A DNA stretch of 64,000 nt. Source: Gammaproteobacteria bacterium (GTDB lineage: Bacteria > Pseudomonadota > Gammaproteobacteria > JAJFKG01). Every line of letters begins with the position of its first letter. Position 1 is the stretch's first letter. A model generated the notes under the pieces. That model was not told the origin of the DNA, did not search any database, and saw only the letters and a program-made list of their open reading frames with translations. Below, piece by piece: positions 39,326-50,792 of the stretch. The position numbers and the translations under genes are program-made. Location: positions 2,090,503-2,154,502 of the forward strand of contig OZ220716.1 in the NCBI GenBank assembly GCA_965116795.1. Direction: 5' to 3'.

Positions 39326-40702
39326 ATGAAGCATTTCAAACTATTCCACTCTCCTGCTGGCGAAGACAGCGACTGTGCTTACCATACCTCTCTTGAGAGA
39401 AAGGTTAACGCCATTATAATGCCTTTCCAATATTACATTCGTAACCAAACTATCGCGAGTGTCATCCTACTTGTACTTACCATAGCTGCATTATTGTGTG
39501 CAAGCATAACGCTGCTGACACCTTATTACTATGCTTTTGTCAATGCAAACCTTGGTTTTCATATACATACGTTTGTTTTTGAGAAAACTCTAAAATTCTG
39601 GGTAAATGATGTACTTCTTACTTTATTTTTCTTCTTTGTTGGTTTGGAAATTAAGCGAGAATTGCTTGTTGGTGAACTGAGTCAGCCTAAAAAAGCTATG
39701 TTAACTATATTCTGTGCTATAGGTGGCATGGTAATACCAGGATTAATTTATTTTTACATCAATGCAGGCACACCTGCTGAAGTAGGCTGGGGTATTCCAA
39801 TGGCGACGGATACGGCCTTTGCACTAGGTTTTTTAACTTGTTTTAAGCACAAGTTACCAAAAGGTATTTTTACCTTTGTTGCCGCTGTTGCTATCATTGA
39901 TGATATTGGTTCTATTTTCATTATTGCTATTTTCTATAATCACATAGCAGATTTATCATTACTGTATTTAGCGCTTGTCTTTATTAGCATACTTGTATTT
40001 GTAAATTTTGCTGGGATAAGAAATCCTCTTCCGTATATATTTATAGGTATTATCATTTGGGCATTGATTGAGTTGGCAAATATTCATGGTGTGGTTGTCG
40101 GTATTATCGTTGCTTTTCTTATTCCTGCACGCCCTAAACATGGGCCAAAACAATTTTTGTCAGAAATCAAAATATTACTCATGAGTTTTGAAAAAAAACG
40201 TAACCAAAAAAGGTTGGTTTTAGAAGATCAACAACAACACCTTGTTTTAGAACAAGTGCAAAACATTGCTCATCTCTCAACAACACCATTACAACACTGG
40301 AAAAGCAAACTCGAACTGCCTGTCGTATTACTAGTACTGCCAATTTTTGCTTTCGTTAACGCAGGAATTCCTGTTGATCTTTCATTGATTGATAAAATCT
40401 TTGTGCATCCGGTTTCGCTAGGGATTTTGCTTGGCCTACTATTGGGAAAACCCATTGGTATTTTGTTATTCGGCTATTTTAGTTTGCACTTACGTTTAGC
40501 AATATTACCCGACAAACTTGCATTTAAAAATATCGTTAACGTCTCACTGTTAACGAGTATTGGCTTTACCATGTCATTATTTATTGCTGACTTGAGTTTT
40601 AATGGCCAAGAAGAAATGCTTGTGCTGGCTAAGGCCGCCATTATTTTTGCTTCGTGCATATCTGGCATTCTGGGTATTCTACTACTCATGATAAGTAAGT
40701 AA
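39326..40702 (+). CDS. nhaA: Na+/H+ antiporter NhaA
   Basis: WVND.L..FFF.VGLEIKRE, GWGIPMATDTAF, AIIDDIG, GKPIG, IGFTMSLFI. Confidence 0.95.
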   Translation: MKHFKLFHSPAGEDSDCAYHTSLERKVNAIIMPFQYYIRNQTIASVILLVLTIAALLCASITLLTPYYYAFVNANLGFHIHTFVFEKTLKFWVNDVLLTLFFFFVGLEIKRELLVGELSQPKKAMLTIFCAIGGMVIPGLIYFYINAGTPAEVGWGIPMATDTAFALGFLTCFKHKLPKGIFTFVAAVAIIDDIGSIFIIAIFYNHIADLSLLYLALVFISILVFVNFAGIRNPLPYIFIGIIIWALIELANIHGVVVGIIVAFLIPARPKHGPKQFLSEIKILLMSFEKKRNQKRLVLEDQQQHLVLEQVQNIAHLSTTPLQHWKSKLELPVVLLVLPIFAFVNAGIPVDLSLIDKIFVHPVSLGILLGLLLGKPIGILLFGYFSLHLRLAILPDKLAFKNIVNVSLLTSIGFTMSLFIADLSFNGQEEMLVLAKAAIIFASCISGILGILLLMISK

Positions 40703-40768
40703 TATAATATGTGATGCTATCAATGCATTGAGCATACCCTCGGTGCCCTTGAACTGTAGACTTTGTTG

Positions 40769-40948
40769 AACCTAAAATCCGCAGTTGAACTGGACTACGA
40801 AGGACTATTGCATTGAATCCCAAGCTTATTTCAGAATTTTTGTACTCACCGTACGGGTGAGTACGTTTGCGCCAAAAATCCTGAAATAAGCCTGATCTTA
40901 CAATACACAAGCCCTTCTCGTCGTCAATTCAACTGCGAATTTTAGGTT
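40769..40948. repeat. 180-bp palindromic element (MITE/RPE-like)
   Basis: Terminal arms AACCTAAAATCCGCAGTTGAA / TTCAACTGCGAATTTTAGGTT. Inner arms CTTATTTCAG / CTGAAATAAG and GTACTCACC / GGTGAGTAC. Confidence 0.85.
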
Positions 40949-40975
40949 GAATAAATAGAATTACAGAACAGGGGA

Positions 40976-41052
40976 TGGTCGGGACGGCCGGATTTGAACC
41001 GGCGACCACTTGCGCCCCATGCAAGTGCGCTACCAGGCTGCGCCACGCCCCG
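40976..41052 (-). tRNA. tRNA-Pro(GGG)
   Basis: CGGGGCGTGGCGCAGCCTGGTAGCGCACTTGCATGGGG...TTCAAATCC...CCA. Confidence 0.97.
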
Positions 41053-41119
41053 ATTAGAGATGGATACTGAGTACAAAAGTGGGTTGTGTCAAATCGTCGA
41101 TATTCTAGTTGAATTTATC

Positions 41120-41473
41120 CTAAGAAGCGATGTTTTCTAACAGTGTTTCTAATTCACAGATAGTATCTGCAATGATATCAGTGCAATCAATCGTTTTTTG
41201 TTGTGCTTTGCGAGTTTGTGCTTCTTGAATCAATTGTTGGCGTGCGCCATTAATGGTAAAACCACGTTCGTAGAGCAAATGACGAATATGTCTAATTAAT
41301 ACAATATCTTGATGTTGATAATAACGACGATTGCCACGGCGTTTATTCGGACGTAATTGAGTAAACTCTTGTTCCCAATAACGCAATACATGGGTCTTTA
41401 ACTGGCACAAGTAACTGGCCTCACCGATGGTGAAATAGTGTTTATCGGGAATTGCAGGCAATGGTTGCGACAT
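41120..41473 (-). CDS. MerR-family regulator (conserved ihfA-linked type)
   Basis: IPDKHYFTIGE...HVLRYWEQEF..L.P.KRRGNRRYY. Confidence 0.92.
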   Translation of the reverse strand: MSQPLPAIPDKHYFTIGEASYLCQLKTHVLRYWEQEFTQLRPNKRRGNRRYYQHQDIVLIRHIRHLLYERGFTINGARQQLIQEAQTRKAQQKTIDCTDIIADTICELETLLENIAS

Positions 41474-41497
41474 GATATCTCCATAGACCAGCAGTAG

Positions 41498-41824
41498 CTA
41501 CGAACTCCATTCATCTTCTGGCATGTCTGGCGTGCCTGTAAATGTTTCCACTCGTGCTTTGAGTTTTTGCCCAGGCCTAAATGTGACAACACGGCGAGCA
41601 CTGATCGATTTTGCCTCTCCCGTTTTAGGATTACGTCCTGGACGAGCGTTTTTATCACGCGTTTCAAAATTACCGAAGCCAGATAATTTCACTGAATTGC
41701 CGGTTACCAATTCAGCGCGAATGGTTTCGAAAAATAATTCTACTAAATCCTTGGCTTCACGTTTGTTCAAACCAAGACTACGTGTAATGGATTCTACCAT
41801 ATCCGCTTTAGTCAACGCACTCAT
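41498..41824 (-). CDS. ihfA: Integration host factor alpha
   Basis: ALTKADM...[22 protein letters not shown]...[13 protein letters not shown]. Confidence 0.96.
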   Translation of the reverse strand: MSALTKADMVESITRSLGLNKREAKDLVELFFETIRAELVTGNSVKLSGFGNFETRDKNARPGRNPKTGEAKSISARRVVTFRPGQKLKARVETFTGTPDMPEDEWSS

Positions 41825-41836
41825 GAACTACTTCCC

Positions 41837-44218
41837 TTATTGTCTTAAACTGGCATTGAACGCTGTTGCTAAACAATCAATTATGCGCTGTATAAACACA
41901 TTGACTTCTTCATCAACCAACGTCCGCTGTGCATGCTGTAGCGTTAGTGCTAACGCTACACTCTTTTGCCCTAACGGGATCCCTTCCCCGGTATATTCAT
42001 CAAATAATTCAACATTTTTCAATAAATCTCCCGCATTTTCAAGCACTTTCTCACTGATTTGCGCAAACGAAATCGATTTGTCCACTAAAAGTGCAATGTC
42101 GCGTCGAATCGCTGGGAATTTGGATAACCCAGCAAATTGAGTGACTTGCGTCTTCTCCAGTATAGACAAGGATAATTCAAATAGAAATGGCACGCCGTCT
42201 ATTTTTAATTGCTTAATCAATTTTGGGTGCAGCGCACCCATCGCACCCAGATAGGTATCACCACAATATATATCAGCTGCCTGTCCAGGATGTAACACAC
42301 TTGATGTTGTAGGTAAATAACGTAGCTTATTTGGTGAGTGGGTTAATGCAAACAGAGCATCGACATCGCCTTTGAGGTGATAAAAATCACTGGGCGTGGT
42401 GTGATTACACCACACTGGCGGATAGGCAGTACCAATAATCACACCGGCCAGCATTGGTTGCTGCTGCCATTGATGTGTTTTAGTCTTGGAAAAACATGCG
42501 CCTGTTTCAAACGAGCGCAACCGAGTTTGTTGATGACGTTGGTTATATTGCAATGTGGTTAATAACCCTGGCCATAGACTAAGGCGCATACTGCGCAATT
42601 GTGCAGCAATCGGGTTAACCAATTCTAATGTTGGTGCGTCGGGAAATAATTGTGATTGCAACTCAGGATCGACAAAGCTATAGGTAATCACTTCATGATA
42701 ACCTCTGTCTGCTAACAATTGACTAAAGCGATGGGTTGGCACAATGTTAGTTGGCAGTGGATGCGCCGTTAAGTGTGCTTGTGGTAACTGCGCTGGAATT
42801 TGATCATAGCCATATATCCTAGCAATTTCTTCTAAGACATCCGCACTACACGTCACATCAAAACGATGACTCGGTGCTTGCACGCGGTATTGATGTGCAT
42901 TATCTACGCTAAACCCTAATTGCGTTAATATCGATTCAATGGATTCTGTACTAATATCAAACCCAAGCCACGTGGTTATCTGTTGTTGGGTTATATCAAT
43001 CCAAGGATTTTCTGGTAATTCAGCGGGTGTACTGACATCGATAACCGATTCAATGTCACCACCTACAATCTCTTGCAATAATTGTGTTGCCAATGCCAAT
43101 GCTTTTTCCGGTAATATTGGATCGACACCGCGTTCAAAACGGTAAGATGAATCGGTTTGCAAGTTGTGGCAGCGCGCACTACGGCCAATTAACTGGGGTT
43201 GGAAATGTGCACTTTCTAACACAATCGCTGTAGTCTGATTGTCGACAGCACTGTGTTGCCCACCCATAATACCGGCCAATGCCAATGCACGTTGCTCATC
43301 GGCAATAACCACATCATCTGTTGATAACGTCAGGGTTTGTCCATCAAGTAAGACCAATATTTCATTAGGTGATGCGTAGCGCACATTGATGTTGCCCGTT
43401 AGTTTGTTGAAGTCAAATGCATGTAACGGTTGACCTAAGGCTAACATCACATAGTTAGTCACATCGACAATCGGATGAATCGAACGCAGCCCACAACGAC
43501 GTAACGTTTCTTGTAACCACACTGGAGTGGTTGCTGTGCTGTCTACGTTACGGATCACTTGTGCGAGGTACCGTGGGCATGATGCATTGTTAGTTTGCAC
43601 GTCAACAGTGAATGTTGTATTAGCAGTTGAAGTAAGCTTTGTAAACTCTGGAAACTGTATAGGTTGTTTGTATAGCGCGCTCACTTCTCGCGCAACCCCA
43701 AGCACACTCAAACAATCACCACGATTAGGGGTTAAATCAATATTAATAATCGTGTCATCGAGTTGTAGATAATCGACAAGTGGGATCCCTAACGGCGCAT
43801 CATCGGGTAATGCCAAAATTCCATCGCTGCTATCAGCCAAACCCAATTCAGCAGCAGAACATAACATACCGTATGAAGCAACGCCGCGTAATTTAGCCGC
43901 TTTGAGGTTAATCCCGCCAGGTAAATGTGCGCCAACTAATGCCACTGCTACCGATAAACCCTCGCGTGCATTGGGTGCCCCACACACAATCGTGTGTGTA
44001 GTACCTTCAGCTACTGCAACTTGACACACTTTTAATTTATTCGCATTTGGATGCGGTGCTGCATCGATGATCTTACCTACAATAACATTGGTAAATTCAC
44101 CACTAGCCGGTGATACGTGATCCACTTCTAAACCAACCACACTGAGCTTTTCAGTCAGTTGATTAAGGGTAACGGGAATATCTACCCATTGACGTAACCA
44201 GTTATATGATAATCGCAT
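41837..44218 (-). CDS. pheT: Phenylalanine-tRNA ligase beta subunit
   Basis: IVCGAPN, DLTPNRGDCLS, SYRFERGVD, SKFPAIRRDIA. Confidence 0.97.
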   Translation of the reverse strand: MRLSYNWLRQWVDIPVTLNQLTEKLSVVGLEVDHVSPASGEFTNVIVGKIIDAAPHPNANKLKVCQVAVAEGTTHTIVCGAPNAREGLSVAVALVGAHLPGGINLKAAKLRGVASYGMLCSAAELGLADSSDGILALPDDAPLGIPLVDYLQLDDTIINIDLTPNRGDCLSVLGVAREVSALYKQPIQFPEFTKLTSTANTTFTVDVQTNNASCPRYLAQVIRNVDSTATTPVWLQETLRRCGLRSIHPIVDVTNYVMLALGQPLHAFDFNKLTGNINVRYASPNEILVLLDGQTLTLSTDDVVIADEQRALALAGIMGGQHSAVDNQTTAIVLESAHFQPQLIGRSARCHNLQTDSSYRFERGVDPILPEKALALATQLLQEIVGGDIESVIDVSTPAELPENPWIDITQQQITTWLGFDISTESIESILTQLGFSVDNAHQYRVQAPSHRFDVTCSADVLEEIARIYGYDQIPAQLPQAHLTAHPLPTNIVPTHRFSQLLADRGYHEVITYSFVDPELQSQLFPDAPTLELVNPIAAQLRSMRLSLWPGLLTTLQYNQRHQQTRLRSFETGACFSKTKTHQWQQQPMLAGVIIGTAYPPVWCNHTTPSDFYHLKGDVDALFALTHSPNKLRYLPTTSSVLHPGQAADIYCGDTYLGAMGALHPKLIKQLKIDGVPFLFELSLSILEKTQVTQFAGLSKFPAIRRDIALLVDKSISFAQISEKVLENAGDLLKNVELFDEYTGEGIPLGQKSVALALTLQHAQRTLVDEEVNVFIQRIIDCLATAFNASLRQ

Positions 44219-44233
44219 TTATATGATACCCAC

Positions 44234-45259
<1,026 letters not shown>

Positions 45260-45344
45260 TCAACTTTCAAGTTGCCACATTGTTACAGACTTGTCTTACT
45301 TGGGCATATTATATTTAGCGCGCACGACTATGCAGTAATTACTG

Positions 45345-45704
45345 TTATGCTGCCAAATTTTGTTTTGCGCTGTCTGCTAATGCAGCAAATGCCTCTTTAT
45401 TGAAGACAGCCAACTCAGCCAATAATTTTCGATCGATATCAATCTGTGCTTTCTTTAAGCCAGCCATAAAACGACTGTAGGATAAACCGTGTTCACGTGC
45501 AGCTGCGTTAATACGGATGATCCATAAACCTCTAAATTGACGCTTACGTTGTTTGCGATCCCGATAAGCATATTGCGCGGCCTTAGTTACCGCTTGGGTA
45601 GCTACACGGTAAACACGACTACGCGCACCGTAATACCCTTTTGCTTGATCCATTACTTTTTTATGTTTGGCATGCGCTTGCACACCGCGTTTTACTCTGG
45701 CCAT
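45345..45704 (-). CDS. rplT: 50S ribosomal protein L20
   Basis: MARVKRGV...[22 protein letters not shown]. Confidence 0.98.
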   Translation of the reverse strand: MARVKRGVQAHAKHKKVMDQAKGYYGARSRVYRVATQAVTKAAQYAYRDRKQRKRQFRGLWIIRINAAAREHGLSYSRFMAGLKKAQIDIDRKLLAELAVFNKEAFAALADSAKQNLAA

Positions 45705-45723
45705 AATGTTACCTCAATCTTTA

Positions 45724-45921
45724 TCACTTTATATTTAACATGCGGCGTACTAACTTAGCATCACATGCTTTCAATACTTTTAACGCACGCAATTGACGCA
45801 TGCGCTTTGCACTTTTGTGAGTATTAATATGACTACGAAACCCTTGACGGTGTTTCACATTCCCACTTTTAGTGAGTTTAAAACGTTTTGCCGCACCGCG
45901 ACTTGTTTTTAACTTTGGCAT
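45724..45921 (-). CDS. rpmI: 50S ribosomal protein L35
   Basis: [15 protein letters not shown]. Confidence 0.97.
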   Translation of the reverse strand: MPKLKTSRGAAKRFKLTKSGNVKHRQGFRSHINTHKSAKRMRQLRALKVLKACDAKLVRRMLNIK

Positions 45922-45952
45922 TTTCTACTCCAACTTACACTATATTTCATGC

Positions 45953-46471
45953 TCACTTGCGACGTTTTGGTGCAACCACCATCACCATTTGCCGGCCTTC
46001 CATTTTTGCCGCTTGCTCTACTTGCGCAACTTCATCAATATCTTGTTGCAAACGCGCTAATAATTTCATTCCCAAATCACGGTGAGCGACTTCACGGCCA
46101 CGAAAACGCACCGTTACTTTTACTTTGTCGCCCGCATCAAGAAACGCTAATGCATTACGCAACTTAACTTGATAATCACCTTCTTCGGTACCTGGGCGAA
46201 ACTTAATTTCTTTTACACGCGTACGACGTTGATTTTTACGCGCCGCGGTATCGCGTTTATTTTTCTCAAATAAAAACTTACCGTAATCCATCACTCGACA
46301 GACTGGCGGCTCAACGTTTGGTGAAATCTCAACTAAATCGGCACCGGCTGCATCAGCAGCTTGTAGCGCTTGATCAATTGATACGATACCGACTTGCTCT
46401 CCTTGCACATCAATAAGCCTAACTTCCCGTGCATGAATTTGCTCATTCTTCCGCACTTTTTTATCGCTAAT
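45953..46471 (-). CDS. infC: Translation initiation factor IF-3 (ATT start)
   Basis: AGGAG, then 8 nt, then in-frame ATT at 46471, the canonical non-AUG infC start. [11 protein letters not shown] and KEIKFRP. Confidence 0.96.
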   Translation of the reverse strand: MSDKKVRKNEQIHAREVRLIDVQGEQVGIVSIDQALQAADAAGADLVEISPNVEPPVCRVMDYGKFLFEKNKRDTAARKNQRRTRVKEIKFRPGTEEGDYQVKLRNALAFLDAGDKVKVTVRFRGREVAHRDLGMKLLARLQQDIDEVAQVEQAAKMEGRQMVMVVAPKRRK

Positions 46472-46511
46472 CGTTATGTCTCCTTTTTTCTAGCGCATTG
46501 TGCTCTATCAA

Positions 46512-48419
46512 TTATGTTTTACCGTCAATTTCAGTTAATAATCTATCAGCACACGCCTCTACTGTCATCGAACCGCAATCAGTGCCATCTAATGCACGCA
46601 AGGCAAGGGTCCCTGCTTGCTGTTCTTGATCACCAATAACAATTTGATAAGGCACATGGCGCAATGTATGCTCGCGGATTTTAAAGCCAACCTTCTCATT
46701 TCTCAAGTCTAATTTGGCGTTAATCTCACGTTTTTTTAAGTATTCCTGGATAGACTTGGCATAATCAGCATGCCTGTCGGCAATCGACATGATTACTATT
46801 TGAACAGGCGCTAGCCACAACGGCAATTTTCCAGCGTGATGCTCGAGCAAAATCCCCATAAAACGTTCAATTGTACCTAACACAGCACGATGCAAAATCA
46901 CCGGCGTTTGTTTACTGCCATCTTCCGCAATGTAGGTCGCTTGCAAGCGTTGCGGCAGCACATAATCGAGCTGTAACGTGCCGCACTGCCACACCCGTCC
47001 TAAACAATCCTTTAATGAGAATTCGATCTTGGGCCCATAAAACGCCCCTTCCCCCGGTGACGGTTCCCAGGGTAATCCAGCTGCATCTAAGGCATCTGCT
47101 AATGCCTTTTCAGCTTGATCCCAAACACTGTCATCACCAAAACGCTCGTTAGGGCGCAGTGACAATTTGATAATCAAATCGGTAAAGCCAAAATCCCGAT
47201 ACACTTCTAATAATAATTGAATAAAGGCTTGTGCTTCAGTTTGCAATTGCCCTGGGGTACAAAAGATATGTGCATCATCTTGGGTAAAATGACGTACCCG
47301 CATTAACCCATGCAAGGTGCCAGACGGCTCATTGCGATGACAACTGCCAAACTCTGCCATACGGATCGGTAAATCACGATAGCTCTTCAACCCTTGATTA
47401 AAGATTTGAATATGGCACGGGCAATTCATCGGCTTAATGGCATACAGGCGCTGTTCAGTTTCGGTAACAAACATTTCTTTACCGAACTTCTCCCAATGCC
47501 CTGATTGTTCCCATAACGATTGATCAACTAATTCGGGGGTGTTGACTTCAATGTAACCGTGCGCCGCCAAACGGGTACGAATATAATTCTGCATGGTTAA
47601 AAACAGTGTCCAACCGTTTTCATGCCAAAATACATTACCCGGTGCCGCTTCTTGTAAATGAAATAAATCTTGAATTTTAGCAATGCGTCGATGATCGCGT
47701 TTTTCCGCTTCTTCTAGACGATGCAAATAAGCAGCTAATGCCTTTTTATCTGGCCAAGCGGTGCCGTAAATACGTTGTAGCATGTCATTGTTTGAATCAC
47801 CACGCCAATAAGCACCGGCGAGTTTTGTTAACTTAAATGCGTGCAAAAAACCGGTGTGAGGCACATGTGGTCCGCGACACAAATCAACAAACTCACCTTG
47901 ACGGTATAATGTAATAGTTTCCCCTTCTGGCAAATCACGAATGATCTGTGCTTTATAGTCTTCACCTTGCTCTAAGAAAAATGCAATGGCATCATCACGT
48001 TCCCATACTTCACGGGTCACTGCTAACTTTTGCTTTGCTAATGCTGCCATCTTAGCTTCGATTTGAGTTAAATCATCTGGGGTAAATGAACGCTCAAAAG
48101 CAAAATCATAATAAAAACCGTCTTCAATCACTGGCCCAATTGTTACTTGCGCGCTGGGAAACAATTGTTTAACTGCTTGCGCGAGCAAGTGTGCAGTCGA
48201 ATGACGTAATATGTCTAAGCCTGCTTCATCTTTTGCTGTGATGATCGCAAGTGTGGCATCTGACTCGATGAGATAACGGGTATCCACTAAGACATCATTC
48301 ACTCGACCTGCCAATGCGGCTTTGGCCAAACCCGCACCAATATCGCCCGCGACATCGGTGACGCTCACTGACTGCGAATATTGACGAGTTGAATTATCTG
48401 GTAAGGTAATAATTGGCAT
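46512..48419 (-). CDS. thrS: Threonine-tRNA ligase
   Basis: MPIITLPD start, [22 protein letters not shown]. Confidence 0.98.
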   Translation of the reverse strand: MPIITLPDNSTRQYSQSVSVTDVAGDIGAGLAKAALAGRVNDVLVDTRYLIESDATLAIITAKDEAGLDILRHSTAHLLAQAVKQLFPSAQVTIGPVIEDGFYYDFAFERSFTPDDLTQIEAKMAALAKQKLAVTREVWERDDAIAFFLEQGEDYKAQIIRDLPEGETITLYRQGEFVDLCRGPHVPHTGFLHAFKLTKLAGAYWRGDSNNDMLQRIYGTAWPDKKALAAYLHRLEEAEKRDHRRIAKIQDLFHLQEAAPGNVFWHENGWTLFLTMQNYIRTRLAAHGYIEVNTPELVDQSLWEQSGHWEKFGKEMFVTETEQRLYAIKPMNCPCHIQIFNQGLKSYRDLPIRMAEFGSCHRNEPSGTLHGLMRVRHFTQDDAHIFCTPGQLQTEAQAFIQLLLEVYRDFGFTDLIIKLSLRPNERFGDDSVWDQAEKALADALDAAGLPWEPSPGEGAFYGPKIEFSLKDCLGRVWQCGTLQLDYVLPQRLQATYIAEDGSKQTPVILHRAVLGTIERFMGILLEHHAGKLPLWLAPVQIVIMSIADRHADYAKSIQEYLKKREINAKLDLRNEKVGFKIREHTLRHVPYQIVIGDQEQQAGTLALRALDGTDCGSMTVEACADRLLTEIDGKT

Positions 48420-48465
48420 TAAGCTACTCCGAACAATGGCACAATAAGAGACAACACTAACCAAT

Positions 48466-48540
48466 TGGTAGGCACGAGTGGGATCGAACCACCGACCACC
48501 ACCATGTCAAGGTGGTGCTCTACCACTGAGCTACGTGCCT
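48466..48540 (-). tRNA. tRNA-Val(GAC)
   Basis: AGGCACGTAGCTCAGTGGTAGAGCACCACCTTGACATGG...TTCGATCC...CCA. Confidence 0.97.
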
Positions 48541-48612
48541 AAACTGAATCTTAAAGCGGCAGCGATTTTAACATTGCTAGTTACTATACTCAAAGCGTTT
48601 TCACTATACGCG

Positions 48613-49698
48613 TTATTGCCATTGTTGTTTTTCAGTGCATACTGCATGAATTGCCTCACGAATGGATCCTAGCTGCGGCACACTGGCTTGTTCCAGCGAA
48701 TCAGCCAATCCAATCCCCGGAATAAATTCACCAGCCAATAATCGCGGTTTAGCTAATAAATCATAAAACAATTCATCAACCGTGCGTCGTATTAAGTGTT
48801 CACCGAAATTAGTCACTTCAGTATCTTCATTCACATACACTACACAATGGGTTTTTAAGATCGATGTGGCGATTAACTCCCAATCATATGGCCATAACGA
48901 ACGTAGATCGATCACGTCAACAGTGATCCCTTGCTGAGCTAATTCAGTGGCTACTTGCACACACAATGGTAACGTGCGTCCATAACTGACAACGGTAATA
49001 TCATCGCCGGAATGGACAATACTGCCTTTGCCAATCTCAACTGTATAATCGGTTAATCCTGTTGGCCAGGTGGGTTGCCACTGTTTAGCGATGTCTGGAT
49101 CAACGGGTTTGTCGATCATTTCATGTAATTGTTTGCTACTAGTTCGATCTAACGGCGGCTCACCCGGGATCGGATCACCGCCTTTGCTGTAAATTAATGC
49201 CTTAGGTAACAAAAACATGGTCGGATTGGGATCGTGCAAACATGCCAACATCAATCCATATGCATCTTTTGGATTCGATGGGATCACCGTTTTCCAACCG
49301 GGGATATGCGTCATTGTTGCATCAAACGAATGTGAATGGTAAATCGAACCGCGAATACCACTGCCCACTGGTGTCATCACTGTCATCGGTAAATGCCATG
49401 CCCCATTAGATGACCAACAGGTATTACCGGCTAATTTTAATAAATCGATTGTATTATAGATATAATCACAAAATTGAATTTCAGCTACACAACGCTCGCC
49501 AGCCATTGCCAGTCCCATCGCCGCACCAATGATCCCGCGCTCATCCAATGGACTATTCCATGCCGTCGTTAAACCTTGAGTCATGGTAAACACGCCACCT
49601 AACGGTGGCCCAACATCTTGCCCAAACACATGACTTAACCCTAAATGAGTTTCCGCATAATGCAATGCCATTCTAACCGCTTGTGCATAGGTTGCCAT
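48613..49698 (-). CDS. 2-oxoacid dehydrogenase E1 beta subunit
   Basis: GQDVG..GGVF, NSPLDE, EIQFCDY, YHSHS, IDLRSL. ATG overlaps the alpha-subunit stop (TAATG). Confidence 0.88.
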   Translation of the reverse strand: MATYAQAVRMALHYAETHLGLSHVFGQDVGPPLGGVFTMTQGLTTAWNSPLDERGIIGAAMGLAMAGERCVAEIQFCDYIYNTIDLLKLAGNTCWSSNGAWHLPMTVMTPVGSGIRGSIYHSHSFDATMTHIPGWKTVIPSNPKDAYGLMLACLHDPNPTMFLLPKALIYSKGGDPIPGEPPLDRTSSKQLHEMIDKPVDPDIAKQWQPTWPTGLTDYTVEIGKGSIVHSGDDITVVSYGRTLPLCVQVATELAQQGITVDVIDLRSLWPYDWELIATSILKTHCVVYVNEDTEVTNFGEHLIRRTVDELFYDLLAKPRLLAGEFIPGIGLADSLEQASVPQLGSIREAIHAVCTEKQQWQ

Positions 49699-50690
49699 TA
49701 ACTGATTTTCCCCGTTTGTTGCCAATACACATGATCAAAAATACTGGTTGGATCCGGCAACGGTTCGGTTAATACCTGTTGCACTAATCGGCTTAACTGC
49801 TGTTGATAGTTATCATGAATCACATCGATTTTAGGTTGATCTAATATACCTTGTTTACATAACTGGGTTGCAAAATGGGTAATCGGATCCTCCTCTGGGT
49901 GAGCGTTAGCACCACTTGCTGAACTGTGCCCATATAAACGTGATACCTTGGCTTCTAATAAAAACGGTTTGCGCTGCTCACGCACATACGCCATTGCATC
50001 AGCAATGGCTTGATACGATCCCAACACATCATTACCATCAACAACATTTGTTTTGATACCAAATGCCTTACCGCGATCTGCAATGTATTGTTCACTATGC
50101 TGTTCGGCATACGGCGTTGAAATGCCGGTGTAGTTATTGGTGACGATCATCAGGATTGGTAATTCTTGTCCTGGACGGGTTGCCCACACCATGCACGAGG
50201 CAAAATCACCTTCTGCAGTACCCGCATCACCGCCAGAGACAATCGTGATCCCTTGACACCCCGGTTTACGTTGCGCAATGCCAGTACCAATCGCCGTGAC
50301 ATATTGGGTTTCTATCGGTGACGTGATTGGCACCAAATTCCATTCAGCTTTTGATGAATGCCCACAAAAGTTACGTCCACCACTGTGGGTATCCGTTGCG
50401 GTATTACGCATTTGTCGGATCGGTTCGATGGGATCCATACCCATTGCTAACAACACCGCATTAGAACGGTAATGCAAATGTAAAAAATCGTGCTCAATCC
50501 CCTGACCCTTATTGATTTGCAAACCCAGCGGCACATTAAATGCTTCTTCACCAGGCCCGCCAATCCAAAAAAAGCCATGGCCTTGTTTGAACATATTAAT
50601 CAGCCGTTCTTCTAATAAACGGCTTTGTACCATGAGTTCATACATGGCTAATAAGCGAGTGTGATCAGACGCAATGGGGCTTGATATCAA
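49698..50690 (-). CDS. 2-oxoacid dehydrogenase E1 alpha subunit (TPP-dependent)
   Basis: HYRS, GDAGTAEGDF...TNN TPP-binding motif, RLYGHSS. Confidence 0.88.
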   Translation of the reverse strand: MISSPIASDHTRLLAMYELMVQSRLLEERLINMFKQGHGFFWIGGPGEEAFNVPLGLQINKGQGIEHDFLHLHYRSNAVLLAMGMDPIEPIRQMRNTATDTHSGGRNFCGHSSKAEWNLVPITSPIETQYVTAIGTGIAQRKPGCQGITIVSGGDAGTAEGDFASCMVWATRPGQELPILMIVTNNYTGISTPYAEQHSEQYIADRGKAFGIKTNVVDGNDVLGSYQAIADAMAYVREQRKPFLLEAKVSRLYGHSSASGANAHPEEDPITHFATQLCKQGILDQPKIDVIHDNYQQQLSRLVQQVLTEPLPDPTSIFDHVYWQQTGKIS

Positions 50691-50792
50691 TTTAGTTAAC
50701 TACCTAGTATATGTGCGAGCCATATTATCGCAATAACTTACGTAGAAATCTATGCGGTTATTGACAATGCCGGTCAGTATTTTTACTGTTAC

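Noticed and set aside
46456-46471. Non-AUG (ATT) start of infC
   Set aside because: Real, but well-known IF3 autoregulation and not novel.
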